Source of the DNA: a virus
Lineage: Duplodnaviria; Caudoviricetes
Direction: 5' to 3' (one strand)
DNA length: 55,119 nucleotides
Virus record (IMG/VR): IMGVR_UViG_3300021368_001314
Span: 1-55,119 of that record
Positions within the stretch are counted from its first letter, which is position 1. Each line of letters opens with the position of its first letter. The position numbers and the translations under genes are program-made. Below the pieces are notes generated by a model, which was given only the letters and a program-made list of their open reading frames with translations, searched no databases and was not told the origin of the DNA. Shown in pieces: positions 1 through 8,824 of this stretch.

Positions 1-1
1 A

Positions 2-541
2 CAAGATATGGCCGCATCTCCGGCACAGATTCTTATGGGTGGTTGTGAGTTAGCGAGAGAACATATCGAAATGCTTCGTGCTGTTTCTCCTGTACAAGTA
101 GTATTTATGTGTGGTAATCACGATAGACATAGTAATTTTGCTTTGATGATGTATTTATCTGCACTTTATGAAAATACAGACGATGTAGAAGTTATTGTTA
201 GTCCGTACCCTCGACAGTATATAAAATACGGAAACTCTTTGTTAGGTTTTACTCATGGTGATGGTGTTAGAGGTAATGACTTACCTGCACTTATGGCTAC
301 CGAAGAAAGACAGGCATGGGGAGAAAGAGAACACCACTATTGGTTTCACGGACATTTGCATCATATGAGATTAACAGAAAAGGCCGGATGTACTGTAATA
401 CAACTACCTAGTCTAGCAGGGCATGATAGATACCACGCTAGAAAAGGTTATGTTCTTGCTAGGGCAGGTATATGCGCTCACATTATAGATAAAGACTTAG
501 GACTTGTAGGTAATTTGTTTTCTCCGGTGGTGCATGAGTAA
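2..541 (+). CDS. Calcineurin-like metallophosphoesterase (5'-truncated by window edge)
   Basis: Motifs GNHD, THGD, FHGHLHH; frame open to the window start. Confidence 0.75.
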   Translation, partial: QDMAASPAQILMGGCELAREHIEMLRAVSPVQVVFMCGNHDRHSNFALMMYLSALYENTDDVEVIVSPYPRQYIKYGNSLLGFTHGDGVRGNDLPALMATEERQAWGEREHHYWFHGHLHHMRLTEKAGCTVIQLPSLAGHDRYHARKGYVLARAGICAHIIDKDLGLVGNLFSPVVHE

Positions 542-657
542 TGTGGGTTTCTGCTAGATGTCGTACTTGCGGGTGGGCTACTAACAGAATGATGAAAAGT
601 AAAGCAATAACAGGTATATGCCCGCATTGTAATAAAAAGGACTTACATCCGAGGTAA
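541..657 (+). CDS. Small zinc-ribbon protein (38 aa)
   Basis: MWVSARCRTCG...CPHCNKKDLHPR; two CxxC; fills the gap between neighbours. Confidence 0.55.
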   Translation: MWVSARCRTCGWATNRMMKSKAITGICPHCNKKDLHPR

Positions 658-661
658 TTAT

Positions 662-2173
662 ATGAGTACATTCAACACTAATTTTTCTATGGAACGTAGC
701 CGTAACGACGTAGAGTATTTCTACAAGTGGTTAGGTTACACATGGGGGGAACACATAGGTGAGTGGATGGATATGTATGGTGATAACCACGATAATTCTT
801 CTGTACATCGTGTTTGTGTTATTGCACCGAGGGACCACAGTAAATCAACTACTTTAAGGGTAAAACTATTACATATGGCTCTTTTTGAACAATGGCGTAA
901 TAAACCCTTTACTTGTTGGTTGTTTTCTGCTAGTAAGGACTTGGCTGTAAGAAGATTAGAAGAAATAAGAGAGGATATGAAAAGACACCCTCAGTTGTCT
1001 AGGTATCTCGACCCTAAAAGGGGTAACAAACTAGAAATACGTTTTACTAACGGTGCATGGATTCGTGCTACTTCGGTTGGTGCGGCTATTCGTGGAGAAC
1101 ACCCTGCGGCTATTGCATTTGATGACGTACTTGATGATATGGGCGATATGAACTGGAATGGTATAGCACAATGGTTTAGGAAAAAGATTACACCTATGTT
1201 AAGTCCCGGTACAGCGATTTTCGTAGTAGGGACACCTATGAGTATGAATGATTTGTATCATACAGAAATGCTAGAAAACAAAACATGGAAATCGGGTACA
1301 TGGTCTGCTATTCCTAATTGGGATGAGTACAAAGCCGACCCCGAAAATGTAAAACCGAAGGAATTATGGTCTGAGTATAGACCAATTAAGTTTTTGCTAG
1401 AGCAGAAAGAGGCTATGGGTGAATTGTCCTTTGTACAGGAATATTTGTGTAAGGTAGTAGATGACGAGGCTAGTGTGTTTCCTAGAATGCTAATTAGAAA
1501 AAATCTTGACATGGATGCTATATTGCAGGTAGATAAGATGGATGGGTACAGATATGTAATAGGGTTCGACCCTGCACACGGTTTAGGGCAAGATTATAGC
1601 GTTATGATATGTTTGAAACAAGATGACGAGGGTTATATTCATTTTGTAGATATGTGGAGAAGAAATGACTTTCCACCGGATAAACAGGCAGATATGTTGA
1701 TAGAGTGGAGTAAACGCTATGGTAACTGCCCGATAGCAGTTGAGGATGTAGGTTTTCAACAAATGTACGAAAGTTTGCTTGCACAAAAGGGTGCGGTAGT
1801 AGATTATCGGGCTAGTAAGGTTGGTAACAGGACTTTGAAGCAAGGTTTACTAAATAGGCTTAGAGTTTGGTTTGAAAGAGAAATGATAGTATTCCCCTTC
1901 GGTAACGATGCTACTAGAACAAAAGTAGGTATATTGTTACAAGAATTAGAAACCCATGCATGGCGTGATGGGTTAATTGTAGATTTAGGTAAGCATAACG
2001 ATACAGTTATGGCTTTTGCACACGCCATAGACCAATTCACATATAGAACACCGGATATGCCGGTAATTATGAAAACCATGAAAGGTGGTGATTGGCTAGG
2101 CGGTGAAATGCAAATGCAGCGTAGAGACAGGCATGGTATAGGTGGCAAAGTGATAGATAGGAGAGGATGGTAA
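662..2173 (+). CDS. terL: Terminase large subunit
   Basis: Walker A-like APRDHSKST, Walker B AFDDV, coupling motif VGTP, nuclease GFDPA and C-terminal HNDTVMA. Confidence 0.92.
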   Translation: MSTFNTNFSMERSRNDVEYFYKWLGYTWGEHIGEWMDMYGDNHDNSSVHRVCVIAPRDHSKSTTLRVKLLHMALFEQWRNKPFTCWLFSASKDLAVRRLEEIREDMKRHPQLSRYLDPKRGNKLEIRFTNGAWIRATSVGAAIRGEHPAAIAFDDVLDDMGDMNWNGIAQWFRKKITPMLSPGTAIFVVGTPMSMNDLYHTEMLENKTWKSGTWSAIPNWDEYKADPENVKPKELWSEYRPIKFLLEQKEAMGELSFVQEYLCKVVDDEASVFPRMLIRKNLDMDAILQVDKMDGYRYVIGFDPAHGLGQDYSVMICLKQDDEGYIHFVDMWRRNDFPPDKQADMLIEWSKRYGNCPIAVEDVGFQQMYESLLAQKGAVVDYRASKVGNRTLKQGLLNRLRVWFEREMIVFPFGNDATRTKVGILLQELETHAWRDGLIVDLGKHNDTVMAFAHAIDQFTYRTPDMPVIMKTMKGGDWLGGEMQMQRRDRHGIGGKVIDRRGW

Positions 2174-2452
2174 GTGAAGAAGCGATACAATAAACAAAAC
2201 CCAGAAATAAGAAGGCATGGACCGAAAAGCAAGAAAATTGTCTATAAGGAGTCTATTGATAAGATAATGGATGAGGGATATTTAGACGACTGGAAAACTT
2301 CGGAAGAAATTGCGTGGCAAGCAAATAAGTATGTAAGTAATTATTGGACTCCGTTATCTAGGAATATCGTACCTACATATCTAAAACGTACAAACCAAGT
2401 TAAATGGCGTAGAAAAGTAGGGGCGCATAAACTTGAGTGGAAAAAATTATAA
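2174..2452 (+). CDS. Small basic winged-helix-like protein
   Basis: KTSEEIAW helix, second helix and C-terminal beta-wing ending LEWK. Confidence 0.4.
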   Translation: MKKRYNKQNPEIRRHGPKSKKIVYKESIDKIMDEGYLDDWKTSEEIAWQANKYVSNYWTPLSRNIVPTYLKRTNQVKWRRKVGAHKLEWKKL

Positions 2453-2628
2453 AAAAATATTTTTGAAAAAAATTATAAAAAATTGTGAGAGGGGGTTGGC
2501 GGTGTGATACGACGACCTATATCTGAGTTTTGGAAGAGTAAAAGGTGCGTTTTTGGCTCAAAATCGCACATTTTTAGGTGAGAATCAAAATCATACATAC
2601 TATATAGTTTCACTACATAGGTAATGAC

Positions 2629-3777
2629 ATGGAGCAAAATCTGATGTATTTTGTAATTAGGCCTGATGATGAACGCCCTCTATCCATAGAGGAAGAAGGA
2701 GAGTCAAAGACTCTTCTTGAGATAGTAAATACTCTGGGTATTACTACCTCGAAAGGAGAATCTTTCAAGCGGTTTTCTTCGATGTTAAAAGCATTAGAGA
2801 AACACGGTTTTCCAGAAATTGATTTACCTCATATTTCTGCTAAGAAACTCGACCACTTAGAACTAAAGATTACACCTGTTGAAAGTAATGCAATAGTTAG
2901 TAGTTACAAGACTGATGAACTGAACCGTTCAGTAGACCCAAGTAACAAAAATATCTCAAGATATTCTAAGCAAGATTTTACCACACAACCAAGAAAGATT
3001 TGCCCTTGTAATTTCAATGATGATTACAGAGAAGACTCAACCCATGAAGCACCTAAATGTTACATGATTCTGGAACCAAATAGTAACCCAACCGAAGAGA
3101 AATATATTTCCAGAGGTTCAAAGTGTAGAAACACTATGTCATCACTAGAATATTATCAGTTAAAGACATATTATACAAGTGCAATTATTGGCCATTATTG
3201 GAAGATTATTAATGTTCCAACAATGGTATTCAAGAGAGGTGATTTCGACAAAGCAAGAGATTCAAAACTTAATCTGAGAATCGGCAACGGAGAATCATTT
3301 CAATCGGACTTTTTCAGCAATAACAAAGACTTCAGAGATACAGTAGACGGTATCTGTAAAGACTGTAATTCACAAGGTTTCCAATGTGTTACAAAACAAA
3401 AGAAAAACGGTAACAAAGAAGTTCTAGGAACCATGTTAGTTGAGACACTAAATTATCATGGTTGGGATTCAGAAACTTACGATATGGTTGGTCTGGGTCA
3501 ATCATGGAATCAACCAAAGTACTTACAGAAATTATCTACCGGAGAAATTAGAAGCGTTGAGGATTGGAATATGCCAGACTTTAGATGCCGACCAACTTGG
3601 AGATTTACTATTGCTAAGTTCATTTGTAGAAATGACCCATTATCTAGTGAACCTCAAGTCAGATATGGTTGGGTCAAATACATACCAACAGATGCTATGA
3701 ACAAAGCACTAGATTCAATCAACAATGTATCATCAGAAATGCCATTGTTTGAAGAGGTGGATAACGGGTACTATTAG
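2629..3777 (+). CDS. Hypothetical Cys-containing protein (382 aa)
   Basis: Long ORF with TATA box (2600) 29 bp upstream and hairpin downstream. Confidence 0.75.
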   Translation: MEQNLMYFVIRPDDERPLSIEEEGESKTLLEIVNTLGITTSKGESFKRFSSMLKALEKHGFPEIDLPHISAKKLDHLELKITPVESNAIVSSYKTDELNRSVDPSNKNISRYSKQDFTTQPRKICPCNFNDDYREDSTHEAPKCYMILEPNSNPTEEKYISRGSKCRNTMSSLEYYQLKTYYTSAIIGHYWKIINVPTMVFKRGDFDKARDSKLNLRIGNGESFQSDFFSNNKDFRDTVDGICKDCNSQGFQCVTKQKKNGNKEVLGTMLVETLNYHGWDSETYDMVGLGQSWNQPKYLQKLSTGEIRSVEDWNMPDFRCRPTWRFTIAKFICRNDPLSSEPQVRYGWVKYIPTDAMNKALDSINNVSSEMPLFEEVDNGYY

Positions 3778-3784
3778 ATGCAAA

Positions 3785-3817
3785 AGGGGTTAGGAGTCTT
3801 TGAGACTTCTAGCCCCT
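3785..3817 (+). terminator. Stem-loop after ORF 2629-3777
   Basis: AGGGGTTAGGAGTCT-TTG-AGACTTCTAGCCCCT, 15-bp stem with G-U pairs. Confidence 0.6.
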
Positions 3818-3848
3818 CTTAAAACACTACAATAGGGGGTAAAAAAAC

Positions 3849-3956
3849 ATGAAAGAATTAGTTAAGTGTTCAAGATGTAAAACATACCTTTGGGAATCTT
3901 CTCAAATTGTATGTAAGGAGTGTCTTGATAATTGGAAAAAAACGGTGATAATATGA
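3849..3956 (+). CDS. Small zinc-finger protein (35 aa)
   Basis: CSRC...CKEC; GGGGGT RBS-like sequence upstream. Confidence 0.45.
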   Translation: MKELVKCSRCKTYLWESSQIVCKECLDNWKKTVII

Positions 3957-4168
3957 ATATGAAAAACGGTGATATAATAATCGTAAAATGGGTTTCTAAA
4001 TATGATAAACTGAAAATATGGGAATCAGTATTTAGTTCAGAAATTACTTATCTAGACTTTATCTGTACTAGAGATGTAATTGTAATATCAGAAGAAAGAA
4101 AATCAAATGTCTACGGACAAATGGCTGAAAGAATGAATGCGAGAAAGTCGAGAAGGGGGGTGATATAA
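3953..4168 (+). CDS. Hypothetical protein
   Basis: ORF with GGTGA RBS and ATGA overlap. Confidence 0.55.
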   Translation: MNMKNGDIIIVKWVSKYDKLKIWESVFSSEITYLDFICTRDVIVISEERKSNVYGQMAERMNARKSRRGVI

Positions 4169-4169
4169 A

Positions 4170-4463
4170 ATGACTAACAAAAGACCAATGTACCGAATAA
4201 CAACCTATGAAGATGATGAAAATCTAATAAATCCAACATATGAAAAACATCATGGTAATATATACTCAGTTGTACCAATTTTAGATTTAGAGAAGAGACT
4301 TGCTAAATACAAAAAAATGAACAACAAAAATAAGGGACAAAAGAGAGCATCAAAAACAGATTATGTTATACTGTATTTTCATAGAATGGCACATCTTCAA
4401 GGAGATGAACCAGATGAAAAGGATATTCAATTAGGCGATGTAACAATTTCCGGTGAAAACTAA
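4170..4463 (+). CDS. Hypothetical protein
   Basis: GGGGTGA RBS; operon packing. Confidence 0.6.
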   Translation: MTNKRPMYRITTYEDDENLINPTYEKHHGNIYSVVPILDLEKRLAKYKKMNNKNKGQKRASKTDYVILYFHRMAHLQGDEPDEKDIQLGDVTISGEN

Positions 4464-4494
4464 ATATGAATATTAGACGGATTTTCGTAAAATT

Positions 4495-4530
4495 AGGTCG
4501 GCCACCGAAATGGTGGTCGGCCTTTTTTTT
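4495..4530 (+). terminator. Hairpin plus oligo-T terminator
   Basis: AGGTCGGCCACC-GAAAT-GGTGGTCGGCCT followed by a T tract. Confidence 0.75.
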
Positions 4531-4584
4531 ATTTTTACAAAAGGGCTACCCTACAAAATAATTTTATTTTTTTTCTGGTGTGCT

Positions 4585-4670
4585 ACCCTACAAAACATTA
4601 CCCTACAAAACATGAGCCTACAAAATATTACCCTACAAAACTTTAACCTACAAAACTTTACCCTACAAAG
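4585..4670 (+). repeat. Tandem array, 6 units of 15 bp (ACCCTACAAAA + 4 nt)
   Basis: Units start at 4585, 4600, 4615, 4630, 4645, 4660. Confidence 0.9.
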
Positions 4671-4777
4671 TCTGAAAGAATCTGAAATCTAAAAATGTTT
4701 TCAAAAACTAAGATTCCAAACCCTACAAAATAAAGTAAATTATCCAAAAAAAAGGACATTTCTGCCCAGTTTTTTTT

Positions 4778-5251
4778 TCAAATATCCGCCTCTGATTTTA
4801 GTTTTGTCCAACCAAAATCATCACAATAATACATTTGATTACTAATCATTACAATATCACCAACACTCATTGAAGTATGGATTTCACATTTTCTAATCAT
4901 GTCTTGAAAACCACCTAATTCATGGAATCTAGATAGTGGGTTTCTTTCGTCGTGGTTAAACATAGCGAATAGTGTTCCTAATACCTTGCTTGTTGCCTCT
5001 GTAGTGTACCTTGATTCGGTTGTTTTGATTAAATTGTAGTGTAGTACCGGGTTATCTCGAATCGCTCTTACAATCGCAAAGTTTGGTAATTTAATCCAAG
5101 GTTTTAGGGTTCTGGAATCTACACCATTGACAACCTGTTCAATGGTAGGATATGCATCATCTGGATGCTTCCAATAACCTCTGGGATAGTAGAATATCTC
5201 TACAGAGGGCGTTCTAGTGCTTTCTTCTCCTAAGTCAAATGTTTCCGACAT
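4778..5251 (-). CDS. Hypothetical protein with YodL-like C-terminal motif
   Basis: HTSMSVGDIV...YYCDDFGW resembles the YodL-type SLSVSDVV...YYVDSFGF motif. Confidence 0.55.
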   Translation of the reverse strand: MSETFDLGEESTRTPSVEIFYYPRGYWKHPDDAYPTIEQVVNGVDSRTLKPWIKLPNFAIVRAIRDNPVLHYNLIKTTESRYTTEATSKVLGTLFAMFNHDERNPLSRFHELGGFQDMIRKCEIHTSMSVGDIVMISNQMYYCDDFGWTKLKSEADI

Positions 5252-5377
5252 ATTTTACCGGACTTGTATTATAGGTATGAATAGGCAACGGGTTAATTCT
5301 CTTAATTTTGTAGGGAAGGTTATCCTACAAAATAATATGTAGTGGCTTGATGTACATAACCCTACAAAATAATTGTA

Positions 5378-5433
5378 ACCCTACAAAATAATACCCTACA
5401 AAATAATACCCTACAAAACAGGACCCTACAAAA
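5378..5433 (+). repeat. Tandem array, 4 units of 15 bp (ACCCTACAAAA + 4 nt)
   Basis: Units start at 5378, 5393, 5408, 5423. Confidence 0.9.
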
Positions 5434-5527
5434 AAATCTCAGAGAAAAAATCTGAAAGAAAGATTCCAAACCCTACAAAATAATGAAAAAAAACCAAAAA
5501 AAGAAGGGGACTTGCCCCAACTTTTTT

Positions 5528-6058
5528 TCAGATATCTGATGCGAACTTTAACATCTCTTCCGGTACTTTTCTGAATAATAACCATCGTCCAGAATCTTGG
5601 GATTTCATAACCCAATATCCAGCAGCCTTGATGTCTGCTTTATTTGCCTTCCATTCATCCCAGAATGATTTGTCTGTAATATAGCCATACCAGACTGTTC
5701 TACGGCGACTCATCTTCATGGTGATACCAAATGCTTCCATATTAGTAAAGACCGGCCTAGCCGAGTCGTATTGCTTAATTTTAGCACCTTTATCACCTAC
5801 TTTATCTCTGATTGCTTGTGCTTTTACTTTTGCCTCAGTTTTATTATGTGCTAGGTTCTGAATAAAGGATGAAGTATGGAAATATCCATATGCACCTTTA
5901 ATCAATCTATCAACATATAGGGTGTAGTATTGTTCTTTACTACCTGTTCTACATACATAGTATGTAACCTCAATTCGAGGTTTTTGCGTTTTCGGGCTTG
6001 CTTCTGTTTTTGCAGTTAGTACACATAGTACTAGACCTAGTAGGATTCCAACCAACAT
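5528..6058 (-). CDS. Hypothetical protein with hydrophobic N-terminus
   Basis: Signal-like LVGILLGLVLCVL; TATATATA about 30 bp upstream on the - strand. Confidence 0.65.
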   Translation of the reverse strand: MLVGILLGLVLCVLTAKTEASPKTQKPRIEVTYYVCRTGSKEQYYTLYVDRLIKGAYGYFHTSSFIQNLAHNKTEAKVKAQAIRDKVGDKGAKIKQYDSARPVFTNMEAFGITMKMSRRRTVWYGYITDKSFWDEWKANKADIKAAGYWVMKSQDSGRWLLFRKVPEEMLKFASDI

Positions 6059-6283
6059 GATTCATACGAAGTACTGTTAGTATATATACATTATTGGTAA
6101 TTAGGGTAATATTTTGTAGGGTTAAGTTTTGTAGGATTAGGTTTGTACTATACTGCGTATGTCATCCCTACAAAATCTTATGTAGCATATTAGGACAAAC
6201 AACACAGGCCAACCCTACAAAATATGGCAACCCTACAAAAAAATGAGGGCGGGGTGTTGCAGCACCCCAACCCTACAAAAGAT

Positions 6284-6421
6284 TTATTGCGTTATTTTAC
6301 GGTAACGAGCCGCCCCATTTTGATACCCTACAAAAGAGTATTTTTTTGGGCATGGGTAGCCCCATTCATTCTTATTTTTCTTACCTAGCCTATCCGCTTT
6401 AACTGTACCTTTTAAGGACAT
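6284..6421 (-). CDS. Small basic protein (45 aa, MSLKGTVKADRLGKK...)
   Basis: Upstream context (GTAAAATATG, repeat 56 bp upstream) mirrors the gene starting at 5251. Confidence 0.4.
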   Translation of the reverse strand: MSLKGTVKADRLGKKNKNEWGYPCPKKYSFVGYQNGAARYRKITQ

Positions 6422-7220
6422 ATTTTACTCTAGTCGTGTTTTGCTTATAGTATTATCGGTAATCTATCTCTTTATTTTGTAGGGTGTTGTAATATTCCCT
6501 AGTATTGTCTCCTACAAAACAATATGTATGGATTTTATTTTGTGTCCTCTAAGTATAGGGGTTTCATGCCCTAAAAAATCAACCCTACAAAATAATAATA
6601 AGTGCAATTTTTACACTAAGTGTTGTGAATAACACCGAATAACCCTACAAAATATGTTTTTTTAGCAAAAAAACCCTACAAAATATCGAGCCGTAAAAAG
6701 GTAGTATTTATATAGGTAAACAGCATCTCATCACGGATATTTGGTTCTGCGGGATTATTTTGTAGGGGTAAAATAACATGGCCGGATTTGACACAGAGAG
6801 AAGAGTGAAAAAATAAAACCCTACAAAATAAAAAAAACGCTGTACTGCGGCGGTGCAAAAAGTAAACCTAAGATTTTTTCCCTACAAAATAAAACCTACA
6901 AAATATTTTCCTACATTTGCTTAGCCACAATTATTTTGTAGGGGTTCTCCGTAGTCAAAAAGTTACTTAGTGTAAAAACTACACCGAGTGTCAAAAACTA
7001 CACCTGCTGTTAAACACACACTAAGATATTTTGTAGGGGTTGGGTATTCTAAAAAATGAAAGACCCTACAAAAGATTAAATAGAAAGATTATTTTTTTGG
7101 TAAAACAAAACCCTACAAAAGACAGGCTATAAGATGATGAAAAATTACAAAAAGTTACCCTACAAAATAAGGAGAATGCTACATAGTACCCTTTATATAC
7201 TAGAACTATATTTTTATAAT

Positions 7221-7799
7221 ATGAGTAAAATTAGAAAACCATGCAGATACAAACAATGTAAGGGGGTTGTCCATCGTGGCAAATGTCCCGTAGCCTCAAA
7301 AAGAGGTTCAAAGGGTGGAAGCACTACCGGCAAATCAAAAGCGAGAACAGGTTCAAGTAATGGTCGATTTACAGGACTTCGAGAATGTGGATGTCCAAAA
7401 AGACAACATTTACCTTCATGTATTCATTCTCAATTGACATTACAAAAAATCAAAATTATCAATGCACATGATTTCAATTATAATGAAAATCTACCACTTG
7501 AGATTTACGACCAAAAAATGCAATCTAAGTTTCCAAAGTCAAAGACTAAAATTAGAATTGCGAGAAAAGAAAATATCCCACTCAAAAGAACTGTGGCAAA
7601 TTGGGAATTAGAAAATGCCGTCAAGGTAAAATCAATTCCTCATTATTCATTCTTAAAATATACAGGCGTGTGTGCCTCATGTGCGTGTGAGAAAAATATC
7701 AAAGACGCACACGTCATACACGTAGACGATATTAAATATAAATTACCAAAAGAGCATTATTTCAAGGCTCGAATAATTTGCGACGCTTGCGAAGCATAA
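7221..7799 (+). CDS. Zn-binding basic protein with KGG-like motif and C-terminal CxxC...CxxC (HNH-like) domain
   Basis: CxxxxC..H..C, SKGGSTTGKSKA, CGC...H..C, CASC...CDAC; start reassigned to ATG 7221, 29 bp after TTTATATA at 7192. Confidence 0.6.
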   Translation: MSKIRKPCRYKQCKGVVHRGKCPVASKRGSKGGSTTGKSKARTGSSNGRFTGLRECGCPKRQHLPSCIHSQLTLQKIKIINAHDFNYNENLPLEIYDQKMQSKFPKSKTKIRIARKENIPLKRTVANWELENAVKVKSIPHYSFLKYTGVCASCACEKNIKDAHVIHVDDIKYKLPKEHYFKARIICDACEA

Positions 7800-7815
7800 T
7801 CGGAGACTATAAATA
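7782..7815 (+). promoter_or_regulatory. Class II promoter, copy 1 (GACGCTTGCGAAGCA + TATA)
   Basis: Motif 7782, TATAAATA 7808, ATG 7837. Confidence 0.8.
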
Positions 7816-7927
7816 GTATTAACAAAAGGTGAGAGCATGGACAAAAGAGGCGTGAATAACAGAGGCAGAACTCAAAGAGTTGTTAATTTGCTTCTTGATG
7901 ATTCTAAAAGATACGGGAGAAAAAGAT

Positions 7928-8173
7928 ATGAACAATGATAAATATAATGGATGGACAAACAGAGAAACTTGGTTAGTTAATTTGCATTTCGAGCCGGTAT
8001 CAAAATCTGATTTATATTGGATAAAAGATACCTTAGAACAGCAAATTGAAAAAATCAATGAGATTTGGTGTGGAAGATTCTTTTCAGATTTTATTGATTT
8101 GAATAAAATCAATTGGTATGAATTAGAAAATCATGTTGTAGAAAATAGTGATGACGCTTGCGAAGCAGAATGA
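7928..8173 (+). CDS. Conserved phage-type hypothetical protein (YNGWTNRETW motif)
   Basis: GGGAGA RBS before ATG 7928; ends DACEAE inside the motif. Confidence 0.65.
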   Translation: MNNDKYNGWTNRETWLVNLHFEPVSKSDLYWIKDTLEQQIEKINEIWCGRFFSDFIDLNKINWYELENHVVENSDDACEAE

Positions 8174-8186
8174 GAGACTTTAAGTA
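8153..8186 (+). promoter_or_regulatory. Class II promoter, copy 2
   Basis: Motif 8153, TTTAAGTA 8179. Confidence 0.8.
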
Positions 8187-8508
8187 AGATTGACGATAAG
8201 ATTAATTTGTAAGACAAGGAGACAAAAAATATGTACGAAGATAGCGAATGGCTAAAAGAAATGATTGAAATGACGAATGCGGGTAAGATTTATTTGGCGG
8301 GGTCTGAGAGATGAAAGATTTCCGCCCGACACTTCAAAAAAGAATTGATTTGAGAAAATCGAATCCGGCCTTAACCCTTTGGGCTAGGCAAAAAATTGAT
8401 GAACTCGGATTGAATGCCGAGAAATATTAGATTTACCAAAAAAGTAAAACTTGCCTTCCGGCATTAGGTTCGGGAGAGGACTTGTTTTGTAGGGTCAAAA
8501 AACCTTTC

Positions 8509-8543
8509 GGGGTGCATCCATTCGGGTGCATCCCACTTTTTTT
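8509..8543 (+). terminator. Hairpin plus oligo-T terminator
   Basis: GGGGTGCATCC-ATTC-GGGTGCATCCC then ACTTTTTTT. Confidence 0.7.
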
Positions 8544-8824
8544 ATTTTTATAGCCTATATTTTGTAGGGTTAAAGATTCATTTTTTTTATTTCAGATTCA
8601 AATATTTTGTAGGGTAGTTACTTCTTCCGCAAAAATAATTTTGTAGGGTCGCCCCTTTTTTCGCACATACATATACCCTACAAAATAATAGCCTGTGTTT
8701 TGTAGGTTATTATATTTACAGTAAAACTAAAAATCCTACAAAAGATTCCAAATCCAAAAACTAAAACCCTACAAAATAAAACCGTAAAAGAAAAAAATAA
8801 ACTCAAAAATGAACCCTACAAAAT

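Larger units (their letters stand above)
4548..8823. repeat. Field of (A)CCCTACAAAA repeats, about 46 copies in both orientations, plus one outlier at 11615
   Basis: Direct copies e.g. 4548, 4720, 5359, 5470, 6212, 6230, 6270, 6325, 6582, 6642, 6673, 6818, 7063, 7110, 7157, 8675, 8766, 8813; inverted TTTTGTAGG(G) e.g. 5306, 6112, 6475, 6758, 6934, 7029, 8485, 8560, 8605, 8639. Confidence 0.95.

Noticed and set aside
4510-4692. 60-aa ORF with LQN repeats
   Set aside because: Translation artefact of the 15-bp tandem repeat; it starts inside a terminator hairpin.
4585-5433. CRISPR or mini-CRISPR array (a Cas4-like gene is present)
   Set aside because: Repeat is only 10-11 bp with 4-nt spacers or irregular spacing and mixed orientation; no cas1/cas2; solo Cas4-like nucleases are common in viral replication modules.
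6676-6858. 60-aa minus-strand ORF
   Set aside because: Runs through repeat boxes; no RBS or promoter support.
6100-7170. Canonical archaeal ORB origin boxes
   Set aside because: No TTCCAGTGGAAAC-like consensus, and no Orc1/Cdc6 gene recognised in the window.
7134-7220. N-terminal extension of ORF 7134-7799
   Set aside because: Overlaps a repeat box and TATA; ATG 7221 fits the promoter geometry.
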